Origin: Saprolegnia diclina VS20
Taxonomy: Eukaryota
DNA length: 25,340 nt
NCBI RefSeq assembly: GCF_000281045.1
Contig: NW_008246145.1
Span: 143,760-169,099, forward strand
Direction of reading: 5' to 3'
The translations under genes and the position numbers were made by a program. This document shows positions 1 to 10,609 of this stretch, one piece after another. The notes beneath the pieces were generated by a model. It worked only from the letters and a program-made list of their open reading frames with translations, had not been told where the DNA came from and made no database searches. How positions within the stretch are numbered: position 1 is the stretch's first letter; the number at the start of each line of letters is the position of its first letter.

Positions 1-720
1 TGGCAGCCTTTTCTTTGGCCTTCTTCTCTACAAGGCGCCGCGTCAACTCAGCGAGCGGACGAGCGACGTACTAGCTTTGAGGCGAAGGCTCTTGGAGCGC
101 TGCAGCTCTTCGTGCTCTTGCTGCTCTGTCGCAATGCGCGCGCGGCGCTCGACCTCGGCTTGGCGAATCTACGCAGAGCAACGTCGTCGCGAGTCGTTGG
201 AGTGAAAGCCCGTACCTTTTCCTGCTGCGCGACCTGCTCGAGGTACTGCAGCGCCTGACTCGCCTCCTTGCTCTCGGGATACAGCGATGCGAGCAAGAAG
301 AGCTTCCATTGCCGGCGGTCGGCTTCCTTTGCCAGCACCAGCCATAGCGTCGTGACCTTCCCGGCCTTGCCGTCGTCGTCGTCGGACCCGCTCCCACGCA
401 CCTCGCGCTGGCAGTCGACACGCAGCCCGACGTTCTCGGCGTCGACGCCCTTGAGCTTCTTGTCAATGAGCCACTCGTGCACGTGCAAAATGCGGTACAT
501 CCGGTCTCGCTCCACGTCGGCGAGCAGGCCGCCAGCGAGGACTTGCAGCCGGCATGGCTTCCTATCGGGTCAGCGTGACGTGGCACGCTGTGGTGCAAAA
601 GTCGTACAAGGTCTTTTGGCCGGCTTTGCGCCGAACGACGCCCTCGTAGTAGACGGCGAACGCGGGCGACGGCGCCGCGGCCTCGGACCCGCTCGCGCTG
701 CCTTCGTCCGAATCGCTCAT
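1..720 (-). CDS. Spliced gene for a putative PH-like-domain protein followed by a charged coiled-coil, 3' end outside the window. Exons 720-608, 561-216, 168-72, 27-<1
   Basis: Three GTACG...TAG introns (607-562, 215-169, 71-28; 46, 47 and 44 nt) keep one frame: MSDSDEGSASG...VYYEGVVRRKAGQKTL|KPCRLQVLAGG...TLWLVLAKEADRRQWKLFLLASL...QQEK|IRQAEVERRARIATEQQEHEELQ...KA|KKKAKEKAA. The YEGxxxRK start and the ExDRxxW helix fit the PH fold; the domain call is inference. Confidence 0.75.
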
Positions 721-736
721 CCTCGCACTGGGATGA

Positions 737-822
737 TTTTTAGCCAATCCGCATCCGCATTGCCAATTGCACCTATCGGATTGGTGCATATCGCAGCAAT
801 TATATCTCTTTTTAGCCAATCC
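737..822. promoter_or_regulatory. Cluster of CCAAT boxes including a perfect 14-bp direct repeat
   Basis: TTTTTAGCCAATCC at 737-750 and 809-822, plus GCCAAT at 762-767 and ATTGG at 780-784, just upstream of the ATG at 720 (-). Confidence 0.5.
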
Positions 823-1184
823 ACGCTAGATTTCATGGCAGCGTTTGACACATACACTGGATCGATTCCAGTGTTTCCACCCAATGTCTTGTGAACGCGT
901 CCTGACGAGCTCTCTAGCGATCGCAAGCGGCTCCCAGCACTGGAGGCTCCGTCATGTGCACGTCGTCGTCTTCACTGGACTGTCCATGGTACTAGCTATA
1001 TCGGCAATTCGCCAGTAGTGCGGGAGTGTTGAATTTACTGGCGCGCCGCATAGAAAAAGAGAGGGAAAAAATCCTGGATCCTATTTTATCATCATTTTAT
1101 TCCAGCGCCAGCGCCACGGGCTCTCCCCGGATTACGCAATCGTGGTAGCTTGATTACGTCATATCACTGGCTCCAGTAGTGTGC

Positions 1185-1259
1185 TTGTCCAATCAGAACG
1201 GGGCCGGATAAGCAACAACGCTGCCGGAAAAGCCAGATGCGCCGGCTCTGATTGGACAA
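1185..1259. repeat. 13-bp perfect inverted repeat of CCAAT-box-like sequence
   Basis: TTGTCCAATCAGA (1185-1197) and TCTGATTGGACAA (1247-1259) are exact reverse complements. Confidence 0.8.
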
Positions 1260-1321
1260 AATGAAGGATTTTTACAAGGCCCGTCAAGGCCGCTCACAAG
1301 GCCACCAGGTATCGGTCCGCA

Positions 1322-2136
1322 ATGGGCCGTGCTCGTGCACCCAAGAAGCTATCTCCCGCCCGGTACCGTGCACCCGTCCAAGAAGGAGCGTCGGATGCGC
1401 CTCGTCTACCCGAATGACCAGGACGTGTGCTTGGATTGCCGCAACCCCGCACTACTTTGCGACTAAGCTCAACCCGGCCAAGTACAAGTACGTCGCCAGC
1501 TATCTCTCGACTTGCGCCAATGGCATGCCTAGGAACATAATCCACAGACAAGGCGACAACACGCCACAAGTGCAGCTTCCGCAAGCGCAAGCGACTAGTG
1601 GGGACGACGCGTCGCAAGTGCAGCAGCCGCAAGCGCAAGCGACTACTCAAGCAGACGCGCCCGGCGCGATACCGTCGTACGTCTTACTCTCACTTTCGAT
1701 GCACTATCTCTTACGTGCTATGTGTAGAATGGTCGAGGATGCGCTCGTAGAAGGAGCGAGAGGGCACCCTGCCGTCTTCGTACGGTCCGCGCCCTAAAGA
1801 TCCTCTCGACGCAGCAAGTGGCCATCGTGGAAGTACACGCTGCCCGATGCGTCCTTGAGCCTTGGCTCGGTTCCAGACCCCGGCGCCTTTCTCTTTGGCG
1901 GCTGCGACGTCCACGTCTGGTGCCCGTTCACTTCCTACTCGCATCTCATCGACGTTGCCAATCGTGCCCGGCGTGCGGCAGCAAGTACCAACTCCGTAGC
2001 ATTGTATAAACAATCCATTCATGTCATACAATTGTGCCAACTTCAGCGTGGCGCCGCCTGGAAACACCACAGTTGCCTACGCCGCAAGCTGATGCTGCGG
2101 AGTTACCGACGCAGAGTCGGCAACGGCGCGCAATGA
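1322..2136 (+). pseudogene. Degraded or frameshifted coding remnant, possibly transposon-derived
   Basis: Coding-like blocks lie in different frames: MGRARAPKKL; HYFATKLNPAKYKYVASYL; KWPSWKYTLPDASLSLGSVPDPGAFLFGGCDVHVWCPF; CPACGSKYQLRS. A 51-nt GTACGT...TGTAG intron-like segment sits at 1677-1727. I could not build a single continuous frame. Confidence 0.35.
1555..1650 (+). repeat. Two imperfect 48-bp tandem copies
   Basis: 1555-1602 and 1603-1650 encode DNTPQVQLPQAQATSG and DDASQVQQPQAQATTQ. Both share CAAGTGCAGC and CCGCAAGCGCAAGCGACTA. Confidence 0.85.
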
Positions 2137-3191
2137 GCAAATGGGTTACGTGTTGCTATGTGAGAGCGTGCTAGCGGACGGCGCTAGGACGATGCGGACA
2201 TTCCGCCTCCATGTAGCATGAAGCGCCTCTGGCGGCGACGGCATGGGTGGCTGGCGCTGCGCCGACCGCGCGGCCTGGTGCGCCGCGACGCAATAGAATG
2301 CCAAAGCACGCCCTTGATATTTGATCGGCATGCCCAGTATTCGATTTCAAAGGATATAAAGTCTCAATAGAGCAATGCCAGTAACTCCTAAGGTCCCAAT
2401 TAAACGGCGATACGCCGCTATATCGATCGAGTGTAGCTCTGTCTGCGCATGTGGGTGGCAGGGCGAGTAACGCGCTCGCCCAGCGCCACCAAGCTCTCTA
2501 CTCCCGCAGCGCCCTCGGCGTAGAGTCTCAAGCAGCCCAAGGACTCAAGCCACAGCGCCGAGTTTGCCGTTTGGCGTTCAGCCGTACAGCAAGTTGCGAT
2601 CCTCCGCAAAGTCGAGCGAGCGAGTCTCGCCGGACGAGGTGCCAGCCATATGCAAGTCCGTAATGCTGTCGTCGCATCGCCAGTCCCACGCGCTTCTCTG
2701 TCAACCCATGGACCCTTAGGCTACTAACATTAGGTTGCTCAACCACGTTGGCGTCAACGACGTGGTCTCGCGCGCCACGACACGACCCATCAAGCAGCAG
2801 CCATCAGCCTCGCGGTCGGCTTGCGTCAGCGCCACCATCCCCATCGTCGTCCAACGACCGTGGTGGGAACACTTGGTAGGAACGCAAACTTTTGGCGGCC
2901 AAACAGATGGTCGGTGCGGCCGTTCCATGCGCTTCTTCGTCGCCGCCATGGCCATGGCCGCCTCGCTCGCTCTTGATGGCGCGGGCGGGGCTCGTCTTCT
3001 GCATAGACAGTGATGTCAGTATGGCGACCCGCGGACTTGTCGTCATCGTCGTCGTCATATCGTTGTGACGGTCGTTGACCATGGAACTCGGAACCCTAGG
3101 CTTGTGTGGATTCTGAGTCGGCGACCAGATGGGGCGAATGGCGACCGGCGACCAGCCCACACACTCGGTTTGTCGCTTCCTTTGACGCAGC

Positions 3192-6100
3192 ATGCGGCGA
3201 CAGGCAAGTGGCGCGCCGCCGGCGCAGCACCTGCTTCGGACGCAGCAGCAATGGTACGAGGAAGGCATGGGTCTCGTGAACGCGGCCGTCAGCTTTCAGA
3301 ACGCGGGCGACGTCGAGGCCGCGGACCGCCACTTTACGCAGGTCATTGACGTGTTTGAGCGCGCGCTCAATTTGCCGTTCAAGACCGCCGAGGACCTCGA
3401 GGCGGCCGCGCGGCTCAACGCCAAGATGACGCGCTACGTCAACATGATCAAGGCGCAGCGCGCCAAGGTGCCGGCGACGGCCAGTGCGCGCAAGCTCGCG
3501 ATCAAGTACAACATCCTCGACATGGACGACCTGCCGCGCATGTACCACCCAATTGCCCGCGTCTTTGCCTCGTACGTTGCCTTGCCTTTGTTGGCCTTTC
3601 TGAGATTGCACTTTCGATAGCAACAACGATCCGTTCGAGGTGTGCCAGCGGGCGCTTGGCTTCCAGGACGCCAACGTGGCCAACCAGCGCGAGCACCTCC
3701 TGCTGCTGTTGACCAACCTCGTCGAGCGCAGCGAGAAGCGCAGCGACGACCCGGCGCAAGAAGCCGCGGTCGTCGGCGCCGTCCTCAAGGCGTTCCACGC
3801 CAAGCTCTTTGACAACTACAAGAAGTGGGCCAAGTACCTCGGCACCAAGCCCGTCTTTGCCGACCCGCTCCGCGACATTGTGCTCTTCTTTCTCCTCTGG
3901 GGCGAGGCCGGCAACTTTCGCCAAACGCCCGAGCTGCTCTGCTTTTGGTACCACTCGCTGGCCAAGGACGTGGGCCGTGGCAGTGGCAAGGAGGCCGGCG
4001 ACTACCTCGCATCGGTGATCCGGCCCATGTACGCCTCGCTGCGCAACGAGACGGACAAGAAGACGGTCAAGGGCGCGCGCGCGCCGCACACGGAGATTCG
4101 CAATTACGACGATTTCAACGAGTTTTTCTGGACCAAAAAGTGCCTCAAGTACAATGCGTACACGATCGGCGACGCGTGCGCCAAGACCAACAAGAAGGGC
4201 AGCTCGACGCTCGTCAAGAAGACGTTTATGGAGCGCCGCAGCTGGCTCCGCGCGCTGCTCTCGTTCCGGCGCATCTTCTTCTTCAACCTCGCGCTCATGT
4301 TTGCCACGATTGGCTTTGCGATCAACATGATTCTCGTGTGCCCCGACTCGGCCATCATGTACGGCAGCAGCGTCAACCCCGACATGAAGATTCTCAACAA
4401 GGTGTACCGCTACCAAGGCACGAGCGACCGGGAAGCGGTCAACGCGCCATTGACGTCGGATGCGTTCGTCGACAAGGAGTGCAACGTCGGCAAGCTCGTC
4501 ACATGTCTCGGCGTCCGCAACTTTGATGTGGGCAGCTCACTCACCAAGATCCCACGCGACTTTGCCGAGCTCTTGGCCGACATTCCGTTCGAAGACTGTG
4601 TGGCAAAGAGCACGGGCCGCTGCAGCTGCTACCGCGAGGTACTTGCAACGTGCTTCAACAGCACCGGGACCATCGACTACTACGACGGCGACGAGACCAA
4701 GCTCAAGAGCGGCACGTACGACAACAGAAAATGCATTCCGGACTATAGCAAGGCAGCACTCAACATCCTCAACAAGGCGGGCAATGGCAAGCTCAACTGC
4801 GACGCGTGTACGCTCGAGATCCTCAAGCTGCCCGAGGTGCTGCCGACGCTGGGCAAGGCGCTCATCAAGTTCAAGGGTGCTGACCGTACCGACGACGGTG
4901 CGCTCATCATGATGGGCGGGGCCGCGCTCGTCGCTTGGGTGTTTGTATGTGAGCTCTCGGGTCGGCTCTTTTCGAGCGTCGGTGTTGGCTTTATCGGGCG
5001 GTCGCTGCCCGTGCCCTGCGGCGCGTACTGCCGCTACACGTGCTTTTGGGTCGTCCTGTACCTTGGGAAGCTCACGTTTGAGTACCAAGTCATGGTCAAG
5101 ACGCTGGTCGAGACGTCGCTCTTCATTTGGTTTACCAAGCAGGACGAGTACTTGCTCGTGTCGCACTTTATGCTGCAGCTGCCGATCTACAATGGGCTGT
5201 ACATTTTTTTTCTGTGGGTCCCGGCCATCATGGTCATCTTGTACGACGCGCAGATTCTGTATCTGCTGCTCTCGGTCGTTGTCGGGTCGGTGCACGGCTT
5301 CAACTTGCGCATTGGCGAGCTCCGGTCGTTCCGCATTTTGCGCATGGCGTTCCAGTCGATCCCCAAAGTCTTCAACAAAAAGATGGTGGCCAACTTGATT
5401 GAGCACAAGGCGCCCAAGAAGAAGCAAAAGAAGGCGCGCAAGCCCGACGACCGCCCGCCCGAGCGCCGCTTTGAGCGCGTCTCGTACTCGGAGGGTGCGC
5501 AGCCGCTGACGATCCATGCGCAAGGGTTTTCGTCGCTCCTCGAACACGACGGGTACCACGCGGTCGCGTCGCCCCACGCGCTCTCGCAGAGCCAGAGCGG
5601 CCACTCGAGCATCGACTCGATCACGGGCGTCTCGGGCGCCGAGTTTGAGCGTACGATTCCCTTTGCCATGGCGTGGAACCGGTGTCTCACGTCGATGCGC
5701 GACGCCGACGTGCTCAGCAACCGCGAACTCAACGTCTTGAGCTACCTCATCGACTCGGCCGACGTCGGGTCAGCCAACCGCCGCTTGTACTTACCAGCCT
5801 TTTTGACGGCCGGCAAGCTCGACGAGTCGCTCGACATTATCACCGAGTGCTACGCAGTGTACGAGAAGCTCAAGGCCGACAAGAAGAAGGGCTCGATTTT
5901 GCAAAAGATTGAGTCGGCGATGAAGAAGCGGCTCGTCAAGGACGACCTGCGCCTCCAGTCGATCTGCGGCAGCTACAAGTTTGCGACCCAAGTGACGCGG
6001 CTCCTCCTCGGGCGCGAGCACAAGGAGCTGGACGACTGCTTTGCGTTTATGGAAGAGTGCGTCACGACCAACGGCGTCATGAAGGGCCTGCACCTCAGCG

Positions 6101-9100
6101 GCCTCTACAGCTGCCGGGCCGCGGCCGCCGAGCTCATGAAGTCGATTCTAGAAGTGCCAGTCACGGCCAACGACGCCAGCATCAAGTTTCAACGCGCGCT
6201 GTACCATGTGATTGACAATGTCGAGGCGGTGCTGGCCTCGCTCAAGGGACTCCTCTCCAAGCAAGACCGGCTGCTCAAGATTCTGTCCGAGACGCCGCTC
6301 AAGCCCAACTCGTTCTTCTTCCCCGGCGACAAGCAAACGTACGCGCACCGGCAGCTGCTCGCGCTCGTGCAAGACCCGGTGGCCATGGACATTGTGTCGC
6401 GTGCGTACCAGCTACTGACAGTCGACAACTTTGACGCCGAGCCGCGCGCCGAGGAGGGCCAGCGCCGCCTCCGCTTCTTTGCCAACTCGCTCTTTATGGA
6501 GATGCCCGAGGCCAAGCCGATGCGGACGATGCGGTCGTTTTCGATTTCGACGCCGTTCCTCAACGAGATCGTCTTGTACTCGGTCAAGGACCTCACGGCG
6601 GCCAACGACGACTGCATCAAGCTGCTCTACTACCTGCAGACGATTTACCCGCACGAGTGGGACAACTTTGTCGAGCGCGTCAACTGCAAGGACATGAACG
6701 AAGCGCTCAAAAAATGCCCGGAAGAAGTCCAGCTCTGGGCGTCGTACCGCGGGCAGACGCTCGCGCGCACCGTGCGGGGCATGATGTACAATGCGGAAGC
6801 GATCCGGTTCTTGTACTGGCTCGAGATTGGCCAGAATGAGCCGATGCACTTGACGGGCTGTCGCTGCAACCGGTGCCTCCGCCTCGACGACATGGTCGCG
6901 CTCAAGTTTTCATATGTGTGCTCGTGCCAGCTCTACGGCAAGCAGAAGGACGAGCAGCGCCAGCAAGCGGCCGACATTGAGTTTCTCTTGCTCAAGCACC
7001 CGGGCTTGCGGGTTGCGTACGTTGATGGCCCGAAGAAGGTCAAGGACGGCCCGCCCAAGTTCTTTTCGGTGCTCATCCGCGGTGTTTTGGACAAGATCAT
7101 TGAAGTGTACCGCGTCGAGCTCCCCGGCAACCCGATCGTCGGCGAAGGCAAGCCCGAGAACCAGAACCACGCCATCATCTTTACGCGCGGCGAGATGCTC
7201 CAGTGCATTGATATGAACCAAGACGGGTACCTCGAAGAGTGCCTCAAGATGCCCAACCTCCTCGCGACCGTCGACCGCAAGGAGCACAAGAAGCACCCGC
7301 TCACGATCATTGGCTTCCGCGAGTATGTCTTTACGGGCGGCGTCTCGAACCTCGCGTCGTTCATGCAGATCCAGGAGCTTTCGTTTGTCTCGCAAGGCCA
7401 GCGCATGCTAGCGCTCTTCCACGTCCGCCAGCACTATGGCCACCCCGATATCTTTGACAAGATGTTTGTCATGACGACCGGCGGCACGGCCAAGGCCTCC
7501 AAGGGCATCAACCTCTCGGAAGATATCTTTGCAGGTTTCAACACGACGCTCCGCGGCGGCCGCGTCTCGCACGAGGAGTTTATTCAAGTGGGCAAGGGCC
7601 GTGATGTCGGCATGCAGCAGCTCGCGCAGTTTGAAGCCAAGCTCTCGTCTGGTGCCGGCGAGAGCGTCATCTCACGCGACGTGATGCGCATGGCCAACCG
7701 GCTCGATTTCTGGCGGCTCAACTCGTGGTTTTACGGCAACCTCGGCTGGTACTTTACGCAGACGATGACGGTCTTTGGCATCTACTTCTTTATCTACGGC
7801 AAGATCTACTTTGCGCTCTCGGGCCTCGATGCGTTCTACCTCCAAGCCGGCCGCATGGGCATCTCGGACTCGCTCAACGCGTCGTGGGCGCTGCAGTTTG
7901 GCTTCTTGCTGGTCGTGCCGGTGCTGGCCGTCGTCGGCGTCGAGCGCGGCTTTCGACACGGCATTAGCTACCTCCTCTGGAACGTCTTTACGCTCGGGCC
8001 GCTCTTCTTCACGTTCCAAATGGGCAACCGCATGCACTTTTTTGACCGGACGCTCATCCACGGGGGCGCCAAGTACCGCGCGACCGGCCGTGGCTTTACG
8101 ATCAAGCACGAGAAGTTTGCCGAGCTCTTTCGGTTCTATGCGTTTAGCCACTTCTACCGCGGCGTCGAGCTAGTCTTTTTGCTGGTTCTGTTTGCGGCCT
8201 ACGGGACGTTTTCATGGTGCAACTGCGACTGGACGCTCGACCGTGGGTTCTACAATGGTGTCAAGCCGCCGGTCGCGGACTGGAACGCGCGCTGTTATGC
8301 CAACCACTACCAAGACTGCGTGCTCCCGACCAACCAGAGCTACGCGATCATGAGTTTTTCGCTCTGGATCGTGGCGGCGACGTGGCTCTGGGCGCCGTTC
8401 TTCTTCAACCCGAGCGGCCTCGAGTGGGACAAGCTCATTGACGACTACAACGACTGGCAAAACTGGCTCGAGACCAAGAACGACTCGAGCGACTCGTGGT
8501 TTGGCTGGTGGACAGCCGAGCTCGAGTATTTGGAGCACTCGTCGGCCGTCGCGCGCTTTGTGCAGTTTGCTCGCAAGGCGCGCTTTTTCTTTGTCGCGGT
8601 CGGGCTCTACCTCCAGCTCATGTACCGCCTCTTCTACACGGACGTCAAGAAGCTCGTGCCCGTCAAGCACACGGCCAAGAACACGATCGAGTACTTCACG
8701 CCGCACATGATCCTCGGCGGGTTTGTCGTTGTCCTCTTGCTCTTTGCGCTCGTCGGGTACTGCGCGAGCCGGTATGCCAAGAAGAGCCAAATGAAGCAAA
8801 AGAAGCTGCGCAAGATGAAGTTTCGCATCTCGGCGTTTGTGTTTGCGGTGCTGCTCGGGTCGCTCGTGTACCTCTCGTTCCGCGACTTGGTCGAGATGAC
8901 GCTCATCTTGCTCATTGCTGTCTACTGGTTTGATCAAGTCATGATTGTGCGCCTCAAGAGCAGCCATGTGGTCGTGGCCGCGATCGCGCGCGGGTTTGAC
9001 CGCGCGGTCGGCTGGATCGTGTTTGGCCCGATCTTGTTTATCGCGATGTTTATGCCCTTCCTCTCGCTCTTCCAGCAGCGCGTCATGTTCAACTCGGCGT

Positions 9101-9207
9101 TCACGTCCGGTCTCGAAGTCTCGAAACTCTTTGGCCACGACGTCGCCAAGGTCTCGGCCAATACCGTTGTCAAGAAGGTCAAGAGCAAGAAGAACCGCGA
9201 CGACTAG
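3192..9207 (+). CDS. 1,3-beta-glucan synthase / callose synthase (GT48, FKS-like), ~1988 aa. Exons 3192-3571 and 3621-9207
   Basis: A 49-nt intron GTACGT...GATAG (3572-3620) joins the two ORFs in frame (VFAS|NNDPFEVCQRALGFQ). GT48 motifs: GFQxxNVxNQREH, LLWGEAGNFRQTPELLCF, NYDDFNEFFW, RRLRFFANSL, LWASYRGQTLARTVRGMMY, GEGKPENQNH, IDMNQD, HYGHPD, NLSEDIFAGFN, QVGKGRDVG, YRATGRGF, plus many TM segments. Confidence 0.97.
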
Positions 9208-9774
9208 TTGGGCATTTAGCAATATATTTTTTTCTATCGTACATCGTTTGGTGCGCTACATGTTGTTGTGGCCGCCAGCAGTGCTGTCGACGATAGCGTG
9301 TCACCCTCGACTCTGGATGTTAGGGTTAGGGTAATCATTGGGACTCCATGGACTCGACGTCGTGCATTCTCAACAAGCACAATAGCTCGAGTGCTTTAGA
9401 GCGAATCGTCGTGCTAGGCGTACCCCGAAGCTGCTCTGTCACTATGAGTACGTCTTGCTACGTAGCCCATGCATGCAAGCAAGGGTTGCCTTTATTATGG
9501 TGTAGTGGTGGCGCGCTATTGCTCGGGACCGCTTTGTCAGCGACCACAACATGGAAGATTCTCCACGCACTCGGAAACCCACAGCATCATCCAACAAAAG
9601 AGCTCAAGTCAAACATAGTAGCTCATGTACTAGTACTACATTTCGGTTTCTAGTGATATCTGCATCTCGAAACTAGACTTCAGAACAAAACTGCTGATCA
9701 GCCGCAAATCGTGTCGCTCGCAGAGCCGACTAACAGTTAACAACAGTTCGATGACATTTATATAGCAAGGGAGA

Positions 9775-10116
9775 TTAGGCCACAGCGTAGGCATCGTGGT
9801 GATGATCTCGATGGAAAAATGGACCACAGCTCGGCACGAGGTAGGTCCACCAAAAGAGCAAAAGCACGAGGCTGGCACCGCCGACAAAGAGCGCAATCAG
9901 CCCAACATACTGCAAAGCCAGCGCGAGACCGTAGCCGCTTGCTTCGTATGTCGACGCCTCGGAGAGCGCAACCGCTATCGCAGCCAACCCAAGGAGAAGC
10001 ATCGTGGCGGCGGAGAGCAGCGTGCGACGTCTGTGCTTGAAGGGGTCGGGCATTGCCTCGGAGATGGCCTCGGAATCAAATTCGGACGCAGTCGTCGTGA
10101 CGTACTTTGTCGGCAT
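9775..10116 (-). CDS. Small two-TM membrane protein, 113 aa, unknown function
   Basis: ATG-to-stop ORF with two hydrophobic segments (LLSAATMLLLGLAAIAVAL; YVGLIALFVGGASLVLLLFWW) and a TCATTT initiator-like motif ~25 nt upstream. Similar to the divergent gene at 10610. Confidence 0.65.
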   Translation of the reverse strand: MPTKYVTTTASEFDSEAISEAMPDPFKHRRRTLLSAATMLLLGLAAIAVALSEASTYEASGYGLALALQYVGLIALFVGGASLVLLLFWWTYLVPSCGPFFHRDHHHDAYAVA

Positions 10117-10227
10117 TTGCGCGTCGCGTCTGCTTGTGAAATGACCTTACGTGGTCCGTCGCCTGTCGTTGGTCCCATCATCGTTGGGCTGTTTGAGTGG
10201 ATCTTGAATCCAGGCGAAAATGGTGTA

Positions 10228-10247
10228 GGGGTAGGGTGGGGTTAGGG
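10228..10247 (+). other. G-quadruplex-type motif in a divergent intergenic region
   Basis: GGGGtaGGGtGGGGttaGGG: four G-runs with 1-3 nt loops. Confidence 0.5.
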
Positions 10248-10570
10248 CTACGAACGCCAGGCTCGTACCACGAGAACAAGAGAACGACCTGAGAACGAAC
10301 GATCGGCAAAGAAGGACCACCGACGTCCATGCAGCACCCATGGGTGCCTGTCGAAGGTCGTCGCAGGCGGCGACCGGACCGCTGAACGTGGTTTTGTACA
10401 AATAAATCCAATAGAATTTTAAAAATCCAATAGAACGCTGCGCCATATCCACTCCGCGAATCCATACAATCCATTCAAGAATACCAAATATCCAGTGCCA
10501 ACAAGACGGCAGTGACAACGTGTGCGTGTGTTCAAGGAAGAAGGAGTCTGTGGCGTCAAAACTCGAACAA

Positions 10571-10588
10571 ATCATTTTCAAACTTTAC
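10571..10588 (+). promoter_or_regulatory. Putative oomycete INR/FPR core promoter
   Basis: ATCATTTTCAAACTTTAC ~40 nt upstream of the ATG at 10610 resembles the TCATTY...WTTY element. Confidence 0.45.
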
Positions 10589-10609
10589 GTTGCCCACACG
10601 TTTGTCGGG

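Noticed and set aside
2146..3190. Short ORFs upstream of the synthase and a possible extra upstream exon (acceptor-like TTGACGCAG before the ATG at 3192)
   Set aside because: I found no coherent protein or in-frame upstream exon. A 5' UTR intron remains possible but is not demonstrable.
3096..9222. Many long antisense and off-frame ORFs over the glucan synthase (e.g. 3502-4416, 4537-5604, 8212-9222)
   Set aside because: These are shadows of strong GC3 codon bias on the real gene and contain no recognisable motifs.
9348..9653. 101-aa ORF with an intron-like GTACGT...TGTAG segment
   Set aside because: Neither the spliced nor the unspliced product looks protein-like, and codon bias is absent.
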